A DNA stretch of 64,000 nt from NCBI GenBank assembly GCA_016188065.1, contig JACPIN010000020.1:764-64763 (forward strand), read 5' to 3'. Origin of the DNA: Candidatus Woesearchaeota archaeon (GTDB lineage Archaea; Nanobdellota; Nanobdellia; SCGC-AAA011-G17; ARS1403). The notes below the pieces were generated by a model that saw nothing but the letters and a program-made list of their open reading frames with translations, was not told where the DNA came from and did not search any database. The translations under genes were made by a program, and so were the position numbers. This document shows, piece by piece, positions 39,453-48,571 of this stretch. The first letter of the stretch is position 1; each line of letters begins with the position of its first letter.

Positions 39453-41840
39453 ATGGATAAAAAAGTGGGTGTATCTGTTTTATTTGGTTTTCTTCTTCTT
39501 GTTGGTTTGGTCGTTACAAATGCTATAGTAGATTCAAGTGATTCTCCATCTGATATGTTGAGGTCTGCAAATATTACTTTATATGGAGATGCAATAAGCA
39601 TTGATAATGCAAGTATCGGTGGTGGAAGTGAAATTGTTAATTTAACTGTTCGTGCAGGTGTTTCTGATAGTTCTGGTTTAAATAATATTACAAATATTAC
39701 TGTTACATGGGATGCTAATTTTACTTTCTTGGGATGGATTTCTGTTACTGACGTATTTGAGAGTGCATGTACAAATCAAGCACTTGGACTTGATTGTAGT
39801 CTTGGAGACAGTGATGATGGCGGTGCCTCTAATGCTACAATTTTCAATAATGTTACATTAATTACTGATGGAACTTCAACAGATTCACTTTCAGCTAATT
39901 GGAGTTGTAGAAATCTTTCAGCGACCAGTGTAAATTGTTATAATGATACTGACTTCTCAGCTTTGGTGGGTAATGGGAACAATACATTATTAATTAGATT
40001 TAATGTAACTGCAGCTTCTAATATTGAAGACAGAAGTATATTCATTGTAAATGTGTCAAACTCTGAAGCAAGTATCGCTGGCACTAATGAATCACAATTA
40101 ACTGTGTTTGTTGATGGAAAGGCTCCAACTTTATTAGAATTAAATATATCTGATGGGAATACTACTTGGGAAAATGGTACATTTAATGGAACTGTTGGAG
40201 AAGGATATTCAACTTTCTTAAGCAATCAGAGTCCTTTAACTGTTACTGCTACAGTTCTTGAGCAAAACCCTGATGATGCTACAGTATGGTTATTCTTCAA
40301 TGGATCTAACATAAACAGCAATGTGGCATGGGGTGAACTTGACAGAGGATTTTTATTATATCCTGCTAACAGAACAGAAGTAACACCTACAGTTACTAGA
40401 GGTACTTTATCAGGTGTGGCTACTTCATATTATACACATGCTATTAAGTATGAGTGGACTATTCCTGCTGGATCTGTTGCTAATTTTGGAGATAGTGCTA
40501 CTTTAAATCAGACAATAGCATTCATGGGGCTTGCAAATGACACACTTAATCAGGAGAATACTTTTAACGATACAACAACTATAAATGCTGCAGCGGTACC
40601 ATTTATGATATTATTGAACGATACATTGCCACGAGTATTTAATTTAACTTTGAAGGATCATAAGAGCAATGAATTGAAAGGCGGAAATGCAGATGGAAGC
40701 GGTGATTATTTGGCTGAAGGCAATATAACAATTACAATTGACGTAAAAGGAGCACCTAAGCCTACAATGGATTTGATTAATGGATCTACAATATATTTGT
40801 TTTATAATACAACTGGATCTTTAACAAGTTTGCAGAATGGTGAGATTGCAAACTTTGATGAAAAGATTAATTTGACTGATGTGAACATTACAGTATCATC
40901 CAGTGCTAGTGTAGTTGATCCTGATACTGTTGAGACTTATGAAACTTCAATATATTTGAATGCAAATGCAAGTAACGATGTTGAAATTTATGTTGTAGTT
41001 GGTAATAAATCAGAAGACATGAATCAAGCTGATTTAGGTTTAGCAGGAAATTATACATCTGAAGTGTTTATGAAGTTCAGAGTTGATGGTACAAATCCTG
41101 GAGCAGAGTTAAGTACTCCAAATAATAGGGGATTGGGATTATCTGGAAGCAGTACTTTCACTCAGATTGCAGAAGAATCAAAGACCACTGGAACAGATAC
41201 ACAGAAATTCAGCGGAACAGATATTAGTACTGCTGGAACCTATAATGTAAGATGCAGAGTTACTGATGCGGTTGGCAATGTTAAAGATACAGATACAACA
41301 AACCTTAATCAATTTACTGTAAGCATTTCATCAACTGGAGGTGGTGGTGCGGGTACTGGTGGCGGAGCAGGAGCAGCTGTAAGTTTTGATGTTGACTTTA
41401 CAAGTTCACCTCAAGCTACATTTAAAGCTAGCCAAGGAAGAGTCAAGAGCTTCAGTTTTGATGGGATAACAAAACACACAATAACATTCAGTGAAGTAGC
41501 TTCAGATAGCGTTACATTAATAATAGCATCTGATCCAATAACTGCTAAACTAAATGTAGGTCAAAGCAAATCTATTGATGTAAATGCTGATGGGACAGAT
41601 GATATGAAAGTCCAACTAAATGGGATAGACAATGGTGTCGCTGATGTTACTGTAACTAAGATGGAGGAAGGCGCAGCAAAGATAAAAGCTCAAGAGGAAC
41701 AGGCAAGAGAAGAATCAACTGGAGAAGTGGGTGAAGGGGTAATACCTGTTGCTGGAAGAAGCCTGGCTTGGTTATGGTGGACATTGATAGTAATTGTAGC
41801 TATCGTTGCAATCGGCTATTATGTAAATAAAAGGAAGTAA
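39453..41840 (+). CDS. Large secreted, C-terminally anchored cell-surface glycoprotein
   Basis: Signal peptide, about 35 N-X-S/T sequons (hand count), Gly-rich linker, C-terminal TM plus basic tail (NKRK). SD-like GGGGTG before ATG 39453. Confidence 0.8.
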   Translation: MDKKVGVSVLFGFLLLVGLVVTNAIVDSSDSPSDMLRSANITLYGDAISIDNASIGGGSEIVNLTVRAGVSDSSGLNNITNITVTWDANFTFLGWISVTDVFESACTNQALGLDCSLGDSDDGGASNATIFNNVTLITDGTSTDSLSANWSCRNLSATSVNCYNDTDFSALVGNGNNTLLIRFNVTAASNIEDRSIFIVNVSNSEASIAGTNESQLTVFVDGKAPTLLELNISDGNTTWENGTFNGTVGEGYSTFLSNQSPLTVTATVLEQNPDDATVWLFFNGSNINSNVAWGELDRGFLLYPANRTEVTPTVTRGTLSGVATSYYTHAIKYEWTIPAGSVANFGDSATLNQTIAFMGLANDTLNQENTFNDTTTINAAAVPFMILLNDTLPRVFNLTLKDHKSNELKGGNADGSGDYLAEGNITITIDVKGAPKPTMDLINGSTIYLFYNTTGSLTSLQNGEIANFDEKINLTDVNITVSSSASVVDPDTVETYETSIYLNANASNDVEIYVVVGNKSEDMNQADLGLAGNYTSEVFMKFRVDGTNPGAELSTPNNRGLGLSGSSTFTQIAEESKTTGTDTQKFSGTDISTAGTYNVRCRVTDAVGNVKDTDTTNLNQFTVSISSTGGGGAGTGGGAGAAVSFDVDFTSSPQATFKASQGRVKSFSFDGITKHTITFSEVASDSVTLIIASDPITAKLNVGQSKSIDVNADGTDDMKVQLNGIDNGVADVTVTKMEEGAAKIKAQEEQAREESTGEVGEGVIPVAGRSLAWLWWTLIVIVAIVAIGYYVNKRK

Positions 41841-41914
41841 TTTTCTTTTTTATTTTATTAAACATTATTTCTATCTTGATAAAGCTTATAAACTATGATT
41901 TTATGATAAACTTT

Positions 41915-42454
41915 ATGAAACTGAAAATTTTAATTATAATATTTATCTGTCTATTGCCAATAATTAATGCTGATCAAGGCAGAACTTTTAATCTAGATTT
42001 TAATTTACATGACCAGTATGATTTATTTCTTAAAAAAAGTGACAGAGTGCTGTTTGAATATGGTGGGTATAATAACACAATTATTATTGATGAAATAAAA
42101 GTAAATACTACTGAATTAGACCTATTCCTATTTTTAGAAATGGGGCTTCATAACCCCGATTACCAATTCTTAGGAAATGGATATGATATTCGGCTGGATT
42201 TTAACAAGGATGGTAAAAAAGAGATGAGTATTAGGTTAGTAAGAAATGACTTGAAAAATGGTGTAACTAACATATTGTTCAATAGGCTTGATGGCTGGGA
42301 TGAAGATGCTAAATTAGACCTCTCTAGCTGGAAAGTTGAAAATGAAAGAACAAATAATAACGTTATTTGGTACTTCATTGGAGCAGTTATTTTAATGTTA
42401 ATGGTCATTATATTATTGACTTATGGTCTTAAGAGAAGAGGAGTTTATTTTTGA
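41915..42454 (+). CDS. Small secreted/membrane-anchored protein sharing the C-terminal domain of the upstream surface protein
   Basis: Signal peptide, DFNKDGKKE motif, C-terminal TM plus KRR. Confidence 0.65.
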   Translation: MKLKILIIIFICLLPIINADQGRTFNLDFNLHDQYDLFLKKSDRVLFEYGGYNNTIIIDEIKVNTTELDLFLFLEMGLHNPDYQFLGNGYDIRLDFNKDGKKEMSIRLVRNDLKNGVTNILFNRLDGWDEDAKLDLSSWKVENERTNNNVIWYFIGAVILMLMVIILLTYGLKRRGVYF

Positions 42455-42957
42455 GTTTTATTAATTTTAAATCTAAATTCTATCTCCTGTGCTGGAAATA
42501 CTTTATCTAAAAAATTAGCATAAAACCATGCGTGTTTATTGGCAAATCTTTCCATAAATTTGAAGTATTTAGAGAAGACAAGATTGATTTGCTGATCAGT
42601 TAATTTTACATTATGATTATTGCGATAGCTTTGCTTTTCTTCCACATAAGGATTAAATGCTATATGGGAAAAGGATCTTTTTGCATATTCGCCATGAGCT
42701 AAGAAATGTGAATAATAATTTACTATTATTTTAATATTAGCTTCATTTTTGCAGATTCTGTAAATCTCTTCCATTGCATTTTCTAAATTATCTACGTACT
42801 GCAAAACATGCCTGCAGTAAACCTCTTCGACAGAATTATTCTCTAAAGGAATCCCCTCTGAAACATCTGCTACGATGTCAATATTGTCTCCTGGAACTAT
42901 GTCTAAATTAGTAAAACCTTCGATTCTTCCTTTACCACTTCCTAGATTTAGCTTCAT
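42445..42957 (-). CDS. Class I SAM-dependent methyltransferase (small, glycan-cluster type)
   Basis: MKLNLGSG, DIVADV..GIPL.NNSVEEVY.RHVLQY. ATGA overlap with the upstream GT. Confidence 0.8.
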   Translation of the reverse strand: MKLNLGSGKGRIEGFTNLDIVPGDNIDIVADVSEGIPLENNSVEEVYCRHVLQYVDNLENAMEEIYRICKNEANIKIIVNYYSHFLAHGEYAKRSFSHIAFNPYVEEKQSYRNNHNVKLTDQQINLVFSKYFKFMERFANKHAWFYANFLDKVFPAQEIEFRFKINKTQK

Positions 42958-43730
42958 TTTAATAAATCCTTCCAGTGCCACCCCCTATTCTTTATTAAAT
43001 GTTTGCACTTTATTCTAGGATCTGCATATATCTCAAATCCGTTTTCTTTTGCATCTTCACAGAACCAAACATCATCAAAGCCCCTATATTTCTCAGAATA
43101 TCTGAATTCTATCTTTTCAAGAACCTTTCTTGAAATTAAAACCGCCCCTAAGCCGCATGAATGCACTTTAGTTGGAGATTTTTCTTTTTCTATCTCCTCT
43201 ATTGTATAGTAAGCTTTGACCATATCCAAATATGAAGAATTCATTTCTGCCTTCAGCTGCTTAAGATTCGAGTTATCAATAATCTGCTTAGCTTCATTTA
43301 ATCTGGACTCTGGTGGAAACTTATATACCAATGGGAGGATCCTTACTTGATCTCCAATTTTAATATTGCCGCAATATATTCCAGATAGTATGTCTTTTTT
43401 ATGCGACATTGCCATTTCAATAATATTTTTCGGTGGGATAACATCCTGCTCTAGTGAAAGGAAGTAATCATAATTTCCTTCTAGAGCTTTCTGCCTTAAG
43501 ATGTTTCTTGATGCGACTATCCTAATACGGGGGTTTTCATTAAAAGAAATCCTTGCCGTATTTATCCATTTTTTTATCAAATCCTTAAAGAATGTATCCT
43601 CTTTTGAATTGTCAACTAATAATATATCATAATCTTTGTATGTCAATGACTTTAGTGCATTCAGATATTCATCTGTGCAATAGAGATGATAATCAGAAAC
43701 AGGACAGCCGACTATTATCCTTTTACCCAT
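42954..43730 (-). CDS. GT-A fold glycosyltransferase-like protein, paralog 1 of 6
   Basis: IIVGCPVS, LLVDNS, SRNILRQK, LSLEQDVIPP, CGLGAVLISR, DDVWFC, KCKHL. Confidence 0.7.
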   Translation of the reverse strand: MGKRIIVGCPVSDYHLYCTDEYLNALKSLTYKDYDILLVDNSKEDTFFKDLIKKWINTARISFNENPRIRIVASRNILRQKALEGNYDYFLSLEQDVIPPKNIIEMAMSHKKDILSGIYCGNIKIGDQVRILPLVYKFPPESRLNEAKQIIDNSNLKQLKAEMNSSYLDMVKAYYTIEEIEKEKSPTKVHSCGLGAVLISRKVLEKIEFRYSEKYRGFDDVWFCEDAKENGFEIYADPRIKCKHLIKNRGWHWKDLLK

Positions 43731-43772
43731 GTATTGTTAGGAGAATATCAGACTTAAAAATTTATTGAATTT

Positions 43773-43793
43773 AAAAAAGAAAAAAAGAAAAAA
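43773..43793 (-). terminator. Oligo-U archaeal terminator downstream of the S-layer gene
   Basis: Plus-strand A tracts (AAAAAAG AAAAAAAG AAAAAA) about 15 nt after the S-layer stop. Confidence 0.55.
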
Positions 43794-43808
43794 GGCTTAT
43801 TCAACCTT

Positions 43809-46076
43809 TTATTCTACAGTGTAGCTTCCAACTGTTTGCGTTGTACTTACTACCTTTGCTTCTGCCTTGCTCATTCCAGCTAATTTACCAGCTGCTACAG
43901 CTTCTGCTGCATTTCTAGTGTCTACTGCACTATAACCTGCAACCAATAGAGCTACATTTGCACCATTGTCAGCTAATTTGACCATCGCTTCATTTGGTGT
44001 AAAGTCTCCTCTTGTTAATCCAAACACGCTGTTTGCTAATGGGTTTACTGCTGGACCACCAATTACAATCAAGTTTTGTGCGCTTGCGCTTGTTACTTCT
44101 TCTGACAATGCAGCTGCACTGCTTGGAATTGGGTTAACTACAACAGATCCTCCACTGGATGTTGATTTTGCTGTTGTTCCTTTAACAACCACATTAGCTT
44201 CTACCTGATCTCCCGGTATATCTATTACAACTTCATCACTACTTCCATGTGCTTTTGGATCTCTAATGATGATACCATACCTTGTTCTGTGGTCTTCATC
44301 TTTTGTACCAAGGTTAGTTGCTGTACCAGAATCCGGTTGTGTCCAAACTAATTCAGCAGCTTCTTCTGAGGTTGCAGTGGCACCTAGTCCGTTAAACGAT
44401 CCACTACTCAAATTAAACTGCATTGTAATGTTATCATTGTAGTCTGGAAGATTTGTGCTATGGTATGGTACTAATGTAATATCCACACTGTTACTTCCTA
44501 CTAATCCACTGTCGGCAAAGTCAAAAAACATTTGCAAATCTGTGTCTTTGCTATTGTCATAGTTGATTTCGATTGGTCTTGCTTGTCCTGCACCCGCGGA
44601 ATCATTCATAAAGATTAAACCTGCAAATTTTACTTTGCTGTCATCTGCATCTTTATAGAATACACCAAGGTCTGTACTGTTTGAACCAACATCGATAGCA
44701 ACTGCTGAATTACTTTCTGCTGCATAAAACCAGATTTCCTTTGTTTTGATGTCTTTTGCTGTGCCATTAAACCTACCTAAATTACTCCCCTTAATAACTA
44801 ATCCTTCAGTTTGAGGGGTTTTAACCTGTATGGTTTTAGCTGCTGTCAGCGTTCCAATTGCCTGGCTTAAATCTGCTGAGCTTTCATATTCAAACGTGTA
44901 TGTTGCATAGTTGTCATCTGAAACAGTTAAACTATCTAAGCAGATGCTCACATAGTTATTTGGCAGATCTATACATTCGCCTATTTTTGGTGGATTATCT
45001 GAATCATCGTTGTAGATGAAGTCATTTTCTATACCGAAAAATGGTCCTGTAAATTCTGCTGTTGTCGATGGTGTTGTCGATGTTGTTGATGCTTGTATAT
45101 TAGATACATTCCACACCCAATCTGGATTGTCTTTATCCTCTCCAGCATAAGCATCTCCATCCTTATAGGTTTCCTGAGCATCCTTGCCTAAAATTAAGCT
45201 TGCGGATGATGCTGCTTGGTTATTACTGTCGTAGAAGGTTTCATCATTTACAATCTCTACACCATTAACTGTCTTTGTGCTTCCTGAAGAGATTGTTTCA
45301 GTAACGCCATCTACATCTACAACTATTGCACCAGCTGAACCTACTCTTACAAGTTTTACAGTTTTTCCATTGACAACTACAGAGTCCCCTGAATCCATAA
45401 AGTATTCAGAGCCTACATAAGCTGTAAACTTCCCATCTGTATCATCATCTACATCCGTAATCTTTAAAGTTTTACCTAAGAACTTAATGCTTAATGGGTC
45501 AGAGCTTGTTGTCTTATTTACCTGAATAGCTTCTGAGAATGCATAATAATATTTAATAGCATCTCTAGCTACTTCCAAAACAACATCTGTTTGATAGTCA
45601 TCTTCTGAGCTTGTCAATGATGTATCTACAGATACTTTATTACCTGCTTGGTTTATCTCTAAAAACTCTTCTATGTCGTATTCAGCACCCTGGAAAGTAA
45701 TAGTACCATCCAACAAGCTATCTATATCGTCGTCTGCTAACTCAACATCCATAGTGAATGAATTTGAGTCTGAAATATTTGCACCTAAAGGAATATCTTC
45801 AGAGACGCCTCCTGAAACTGTAACTGTTGTTCCGCCAGAAGGGGAAACTGCTTTTGTCTGCAAATCTGCTAACATAACAGACTGACCAATTGTATCAGAT
45901 GCTGCCGCATTTTGACCTACAGCTATAACACCAGAAAATACTCCATTTGTAATAAATGGCGCTGGGTAATCAGCTAAGGTATAACTCAGTGCTAATGCCC
46001 CTGTTATTGATGAACCAAGCATTGCTGCACCGGTAGAAAGAGCGGCTATTTTTTTTAACACTCTTTTAGTTCTCAT
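43809..46076 (-). CDS. S-layer protein
   Basis: Signal peptide (KKIAALSTGAAMLGSSITGALA), LADYPAPF..G...AVGQNAAASD N-terminal motif, NLIVIGGPAVN and LLVAGYSAVDT C-terminal motifs, acidic composition. SD GGAGGTG before ATG 46076. Confidence 0.9.
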   Translation of the reverse strand: MRTKRVLKKIAALSTGAAMLGSSITGALALSYTLADYPAPFITNGVFSGVIAVGQNAAASDTIGQSVMLADLQTKAVSPSGGTTVTVSGGVSEDIPLGANISDSNSFTMDVELADDDIDSLLDGTITFQGAEYDIEEFLEINQAGNKVSVDTSLTSSEDDYQTDVVLEVARDAIKYYYAFSEAIQVNKTTSSDPLSIKFLGKTLKITDVDDDTDGKFTAYVGSEYFMDSGDSVVVNGKTVKLVRVGSAGAIVVDVDGVTETISSGSTKTVNGVEIVNDETFYDSNNQAASSASLILGKDAQETYKDGDAYAGEDKDNPDWVWNVSNIQASTTSTTPSTTAEFTGPFFGIENDFIYNDDSDNPPKIGECIDLPNNYVSICLDSLTVSDDNYATYTFEYESSADLSQAIGTLTAAKTIQVKTPQTEGLVIKGSNLGRFNGTAKDIKTKEIWFYAAESNSAVAIDVGSNSTDLGVFYKDADDSKVKFAGLIFMNDSAGAGQARPIEINYDNSKDTDLQMFFDFADSGLVGSNSVDITLVPYHSTNLPDYNDNITMQFNLSSGSFNGLGATATSEEAAELVWTQPDSGTATNLGTKDEDHRTRYGIIIRDPKAHGSSDEVVIDIPGDQVEANVVVKGTTAKSTSSGGSVVVNPIPSSAAALSEEVTSASAQNLIVIGGPAVNPLANSVFGLTRGDFTPNEAMVKLADNGANVALLVAGYSAVDTRNAAEAVAAGKLAGMSKAEAKVVSTTQTVGSYTVE

Positions 46077-46302
46077 TAAATACACACCTCCATGTGTCCC
46101 ATTAATTTGGGAATATTATTCATTAGATGTTTAGAAACCCACTCGGTTTATATAGCTTATGGTTAACCTAGTAAGGAGAAGGATATATAAATAAAGCCCA
46201 AAGAGGGTATTTTAATTCTTAAGTTGGGAGATCTAGAAAAATCGTTCTCATCTTCTAAGCTTTTTATATCAATACTGATGAGAGCAAATGCAAATAGAAA
46301 GG

Positions 46303-46328
46303 TTTAAATATTACTTTGTATATACAAA
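46303..46328 (+). promoter_or_regulatory. BRE/TATA promoter with perfect 14-bp palindromic operator (TTTGTATATACAAA, 46315-46328)
   Basis: AGAAAGG-TTTAAATA at 46296-46310; the palindrome lies between the TATA box and the RHH gene ATG at 46337. Confidence 0.6.
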
Positions 46329-46336
46329 ATAATACC

Positions 46337-46600
46337 ATGGAAACAATAACTTTGAAGATGGAAGAGAATATGGTGAGAGAGATTGACAAAAAGCTTGCCA
46401 GCAATAGATACAGTACAAGGACAGAATTTATCAGAGACGCGATTAGAGATAAGCTTTCTGATTTGGAGAAAGAAGAGGCTTTAATGAGGTTGGAGAAGCT
46501 ATATGGGGCTTCAAAAAGGAATACAACTGATACACAATTAAAGAAAGCTAGGGAAGAAGCTGCTAAAGATCTTGCTAATGAATTGGGATTTAAATTATAG
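46337..46600 (+). CDS. Ribbon-helix-helix (CopG/MetJ-like) protein, putative antitoxin
   Basis: METITLKMEENMVREID....YSTRTEFIRDAIRDKL. Confidence 0.85.
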   Translation: METITLKMEENMVREIDKKLASNRYSTRTEFIRDAIRDKLSDLEKEEALMRLEKLYGASKRNTTDTQLKKAREEAAKDLANELGFKL

Positions 46601-46995
46601 AATATCTTCTGGAAAACTTGGTTTTGATATGTCTTTTATTTTATTAAAATCGGAATCTCTTGATATTAAATGTGCTTCATCTCTGGCAATTATTGCATGA
46701 ATTGCATCTCCTAATGGAATGTTTCTTTTACTTGCTATCCTTTTCCTTCTGAAAATTGTTCTTTTGTGACATGGACAATTCTCTTATTAGCAGATTCGAC
46801 TAAACGATAGATTTGATTGATTTCGTTTCTGGAATATCCGATTCTCTTTAGCTCCATTGATATGAAATTTGAATAGATGATTATGTTATCTTCTTTGATA
46901 ATCTTTTGCATCAATTTCTTGGCAATCTCACCATTGTAGCCTCTTTTTTCGTAAATATCAACCATATGGAGGGTGTCAAAATAAAAACTTCTCAT
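46595..46995 (-). pseudogene. vapC: PIN-domain (VapC-like) ribonuclease, frameshifted at ~46741-46744
   Basis: N-terminal FYFDT and ISMEL. After GGA AAA the -1 frame continues RIASKRNIPLGDAIHAIIARDEAHLISRDSDF...PEDIL* (stop 46595-46597), supplying the remaining PIN acidic residues. Confidence 0.75.
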
Positions 46996-47034
46996 CTAGA
47001 AATGAAAATTCTTTTTGTTTAATAATTTAATGAA

Positions 47035-47107
47035 TGGGTCCGCCCAGAATTGAACTGGGGATCTCCGCTACGTCAAAGCGACGTCATAACCACTAGACCA
47101 CGGACCC
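47035..47107 (-). tRNA. tRNA-Val(GAC)
   Basis: GGGTCCG/CGGACCC acceptor stem, anticodon arm TCGCT-TTGACGT-AGCGG, T-loop TTCAATT. Confidence 0.9.
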
Positions 47108-47832
47108 TATCTCTTGATTTCCGTCCATTTCCAGGGTTTTTCATTTATTAAATGTTTGCACTTTATCGATAAATCTGCAAATATTTCAAAGCCTTCATAG
47201 AAAACGTCCCTGCAGAACCAATTATCATCAAAATACGGGAAAAATGGATCATAGCGAAACTCTATCTTTTCTAGGACCGTTCTATGAATTAACAGGCAGC
47301 CAGAGCCGCACGAGATTACTTTAACTATCTTGTCCTGCTCCGTCTCCTTTGGATGCATTAATCTTATGCTCGCTCCGTCTATCACCTTATCTGAAAGTGC
47401 ATTTGAAACCCATAGTGTCGGAATCAGGTATCTTGCCTGTTGTGATGAGTATTGATTGTTATAAACAAAGTAAATCCCTGTTTGTATTTTTTTATTATTC
47501 TCGATCATTCTCTCTATTATATCCTTAGGTGGGATAATGTCCTGGTCTAAGTTTAAGAGATAATCATAACCTTCTTCCAGTGCCTTTCTCCTTAAAATAT
47601 TCCTGGAAACAATCATTCTTTCTCTAGCGTTTTCTAAGTATCCTATTCTTGTATAAGGCAGACCATTTTCCTTTAATTTTCCTGAAAAGCTTTCCGATTT
47701 CGAGTTATCTACAAAGAACAAATCATGATTCTTAAATGTTAAAGACTTTCTTGAGTTTGCGAATTCATCAAAGCAATAATCATAAAGGTCAGATACCGGG
47801 CTTCCGACTAATATTTTTGGGTTTGGACTCAT
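47107..47832 (-). CDS. GT-A fold glycosyltransferase-like protein, paralog 2 of 6
   Basis: KILVGSPVS, FVDNS, SRNILRRK, LNLDQDIIPP, CGSGCLLIHR, FDDNWFC. Confidence 0.7.
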   Translation of the reverse strand: MSPNPKILVGSPVSDLYDYCFDEFANSRKSLTFKNHDLFFVDNSKSESFSGKLKENGLPYTRIGYLENARERMIVSRNILRRKALEEGYDYLLNLDQDIIPPKDIIERMIENNKKIQTGIYFVYNNQYSSQQARYLIPTLWVSNALSDKVIDGASIRLMHPKETEQDKIVKVISCGSGCLLIHRTVLEKIEFRYDPFFPYFDDNWFCRDVFYEGFEIFADLSIKCKHLINEKPWKWTEIKR

Positions 47833-48509
47833 AGCTCCAATTCGCTCCAGTTCCACGGCCTTTTGTTAAGCAGGTGTCTGCATTTTAATGACAAGTCAGC
47901 GTAAATCTTAAAGCCTTGCCCTTCAGCATCTTTACAGAAGAACCAATCATCAAATCCAGGCTTTTTATCTATCCTGAACCTTACTTTTTCTAATACCCTT
48001 CTTGAAATTAGTATTGCTCCTAAGCCTGCATAGTTAACTTTTATCAGATTATTGTTCTTATCAGCATAATTAAACGGAAGATAACCGTACTTCCCATTGC
48101 TTTCTTTAATTGCGAGCATCGGAGTCAAAGAAGTGCTATTTGGCATGAAATAGAGCGCGGAGATTATATCCTCTTTAGGTTTAAGGAGTCTCTCTATTAT
48201 ATTTGCTTGCGGCAAGACGTCCTGCTCTAAACTGAAAAGATAATCGTAACTGCCATCTAGGACTTTCTGCCTGAGGATGTTTCTTGATGCGACTATCCTA
48301 TCTCTAGCTGATTCAAAGTGAGGACCTTTCATTACTGGGATTTTTAGTGATTTAATTTTTTCAAGATAGTTATCATCTTGAGAGTTATCAACTAAAAGCA
48401 GATCCTGATTTTTGTATGTTAATTTCTTGACTGCTTCTGCATACTCCTTCAGGCAATACTCTTTGTGAGAACTAGTAGGACATCCTACCAGAATTTTTGG
48501 TAATTTCAT
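47829..48509 (-). CDS. GT-A fold glycosyltransferase-like protein, paralog 3 of 6
   Basis: KILVGCPTS, LLVDNS, SRNILRQK, FSLEQDVLP, AGLGAILISR, FDDWFFC. Confidence 0.7.
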   Translation of the reverse strand: MKLPKILVGCPTSSHKEYCLKEYAEAVKKLTYKNQDLLLVDNSQDDNYLEKIKSLKIPVMKGPHFESARDRIVASRNILRQKVLDGSYDYLFSLEQDVLPQANIIERLLKPKEDIISALYFMPNSTSLTPMLAIKESNGKYGYLPFNYADKNNNLIKVNYAGLGAILISRRVLEKVRFRIDKKPGFDDWFFCKDAEGQGFKIYADLSLKCRHLLNKRPWNWSELEL

Positions 48510-48571
48510 TAATGTTTTGGATAATATAAAAGATTATAAACATTTTTGAATTATAAAAGGGAAAAATAGGC

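Noticed and set aside
41100..41160. Possible in-frame deletion at GGGATTGGGATT in the surface protein (domain looks short, one unpaired Cys)
   Set aside because: Cannot be supported without homolog alignment, and the frame is intact.
46200..47107. tRNA-Val-integrated island containing the RHH/PIN pair
   Set aside because: I found no integrase and no duplicated tRNA 3' end (att site).
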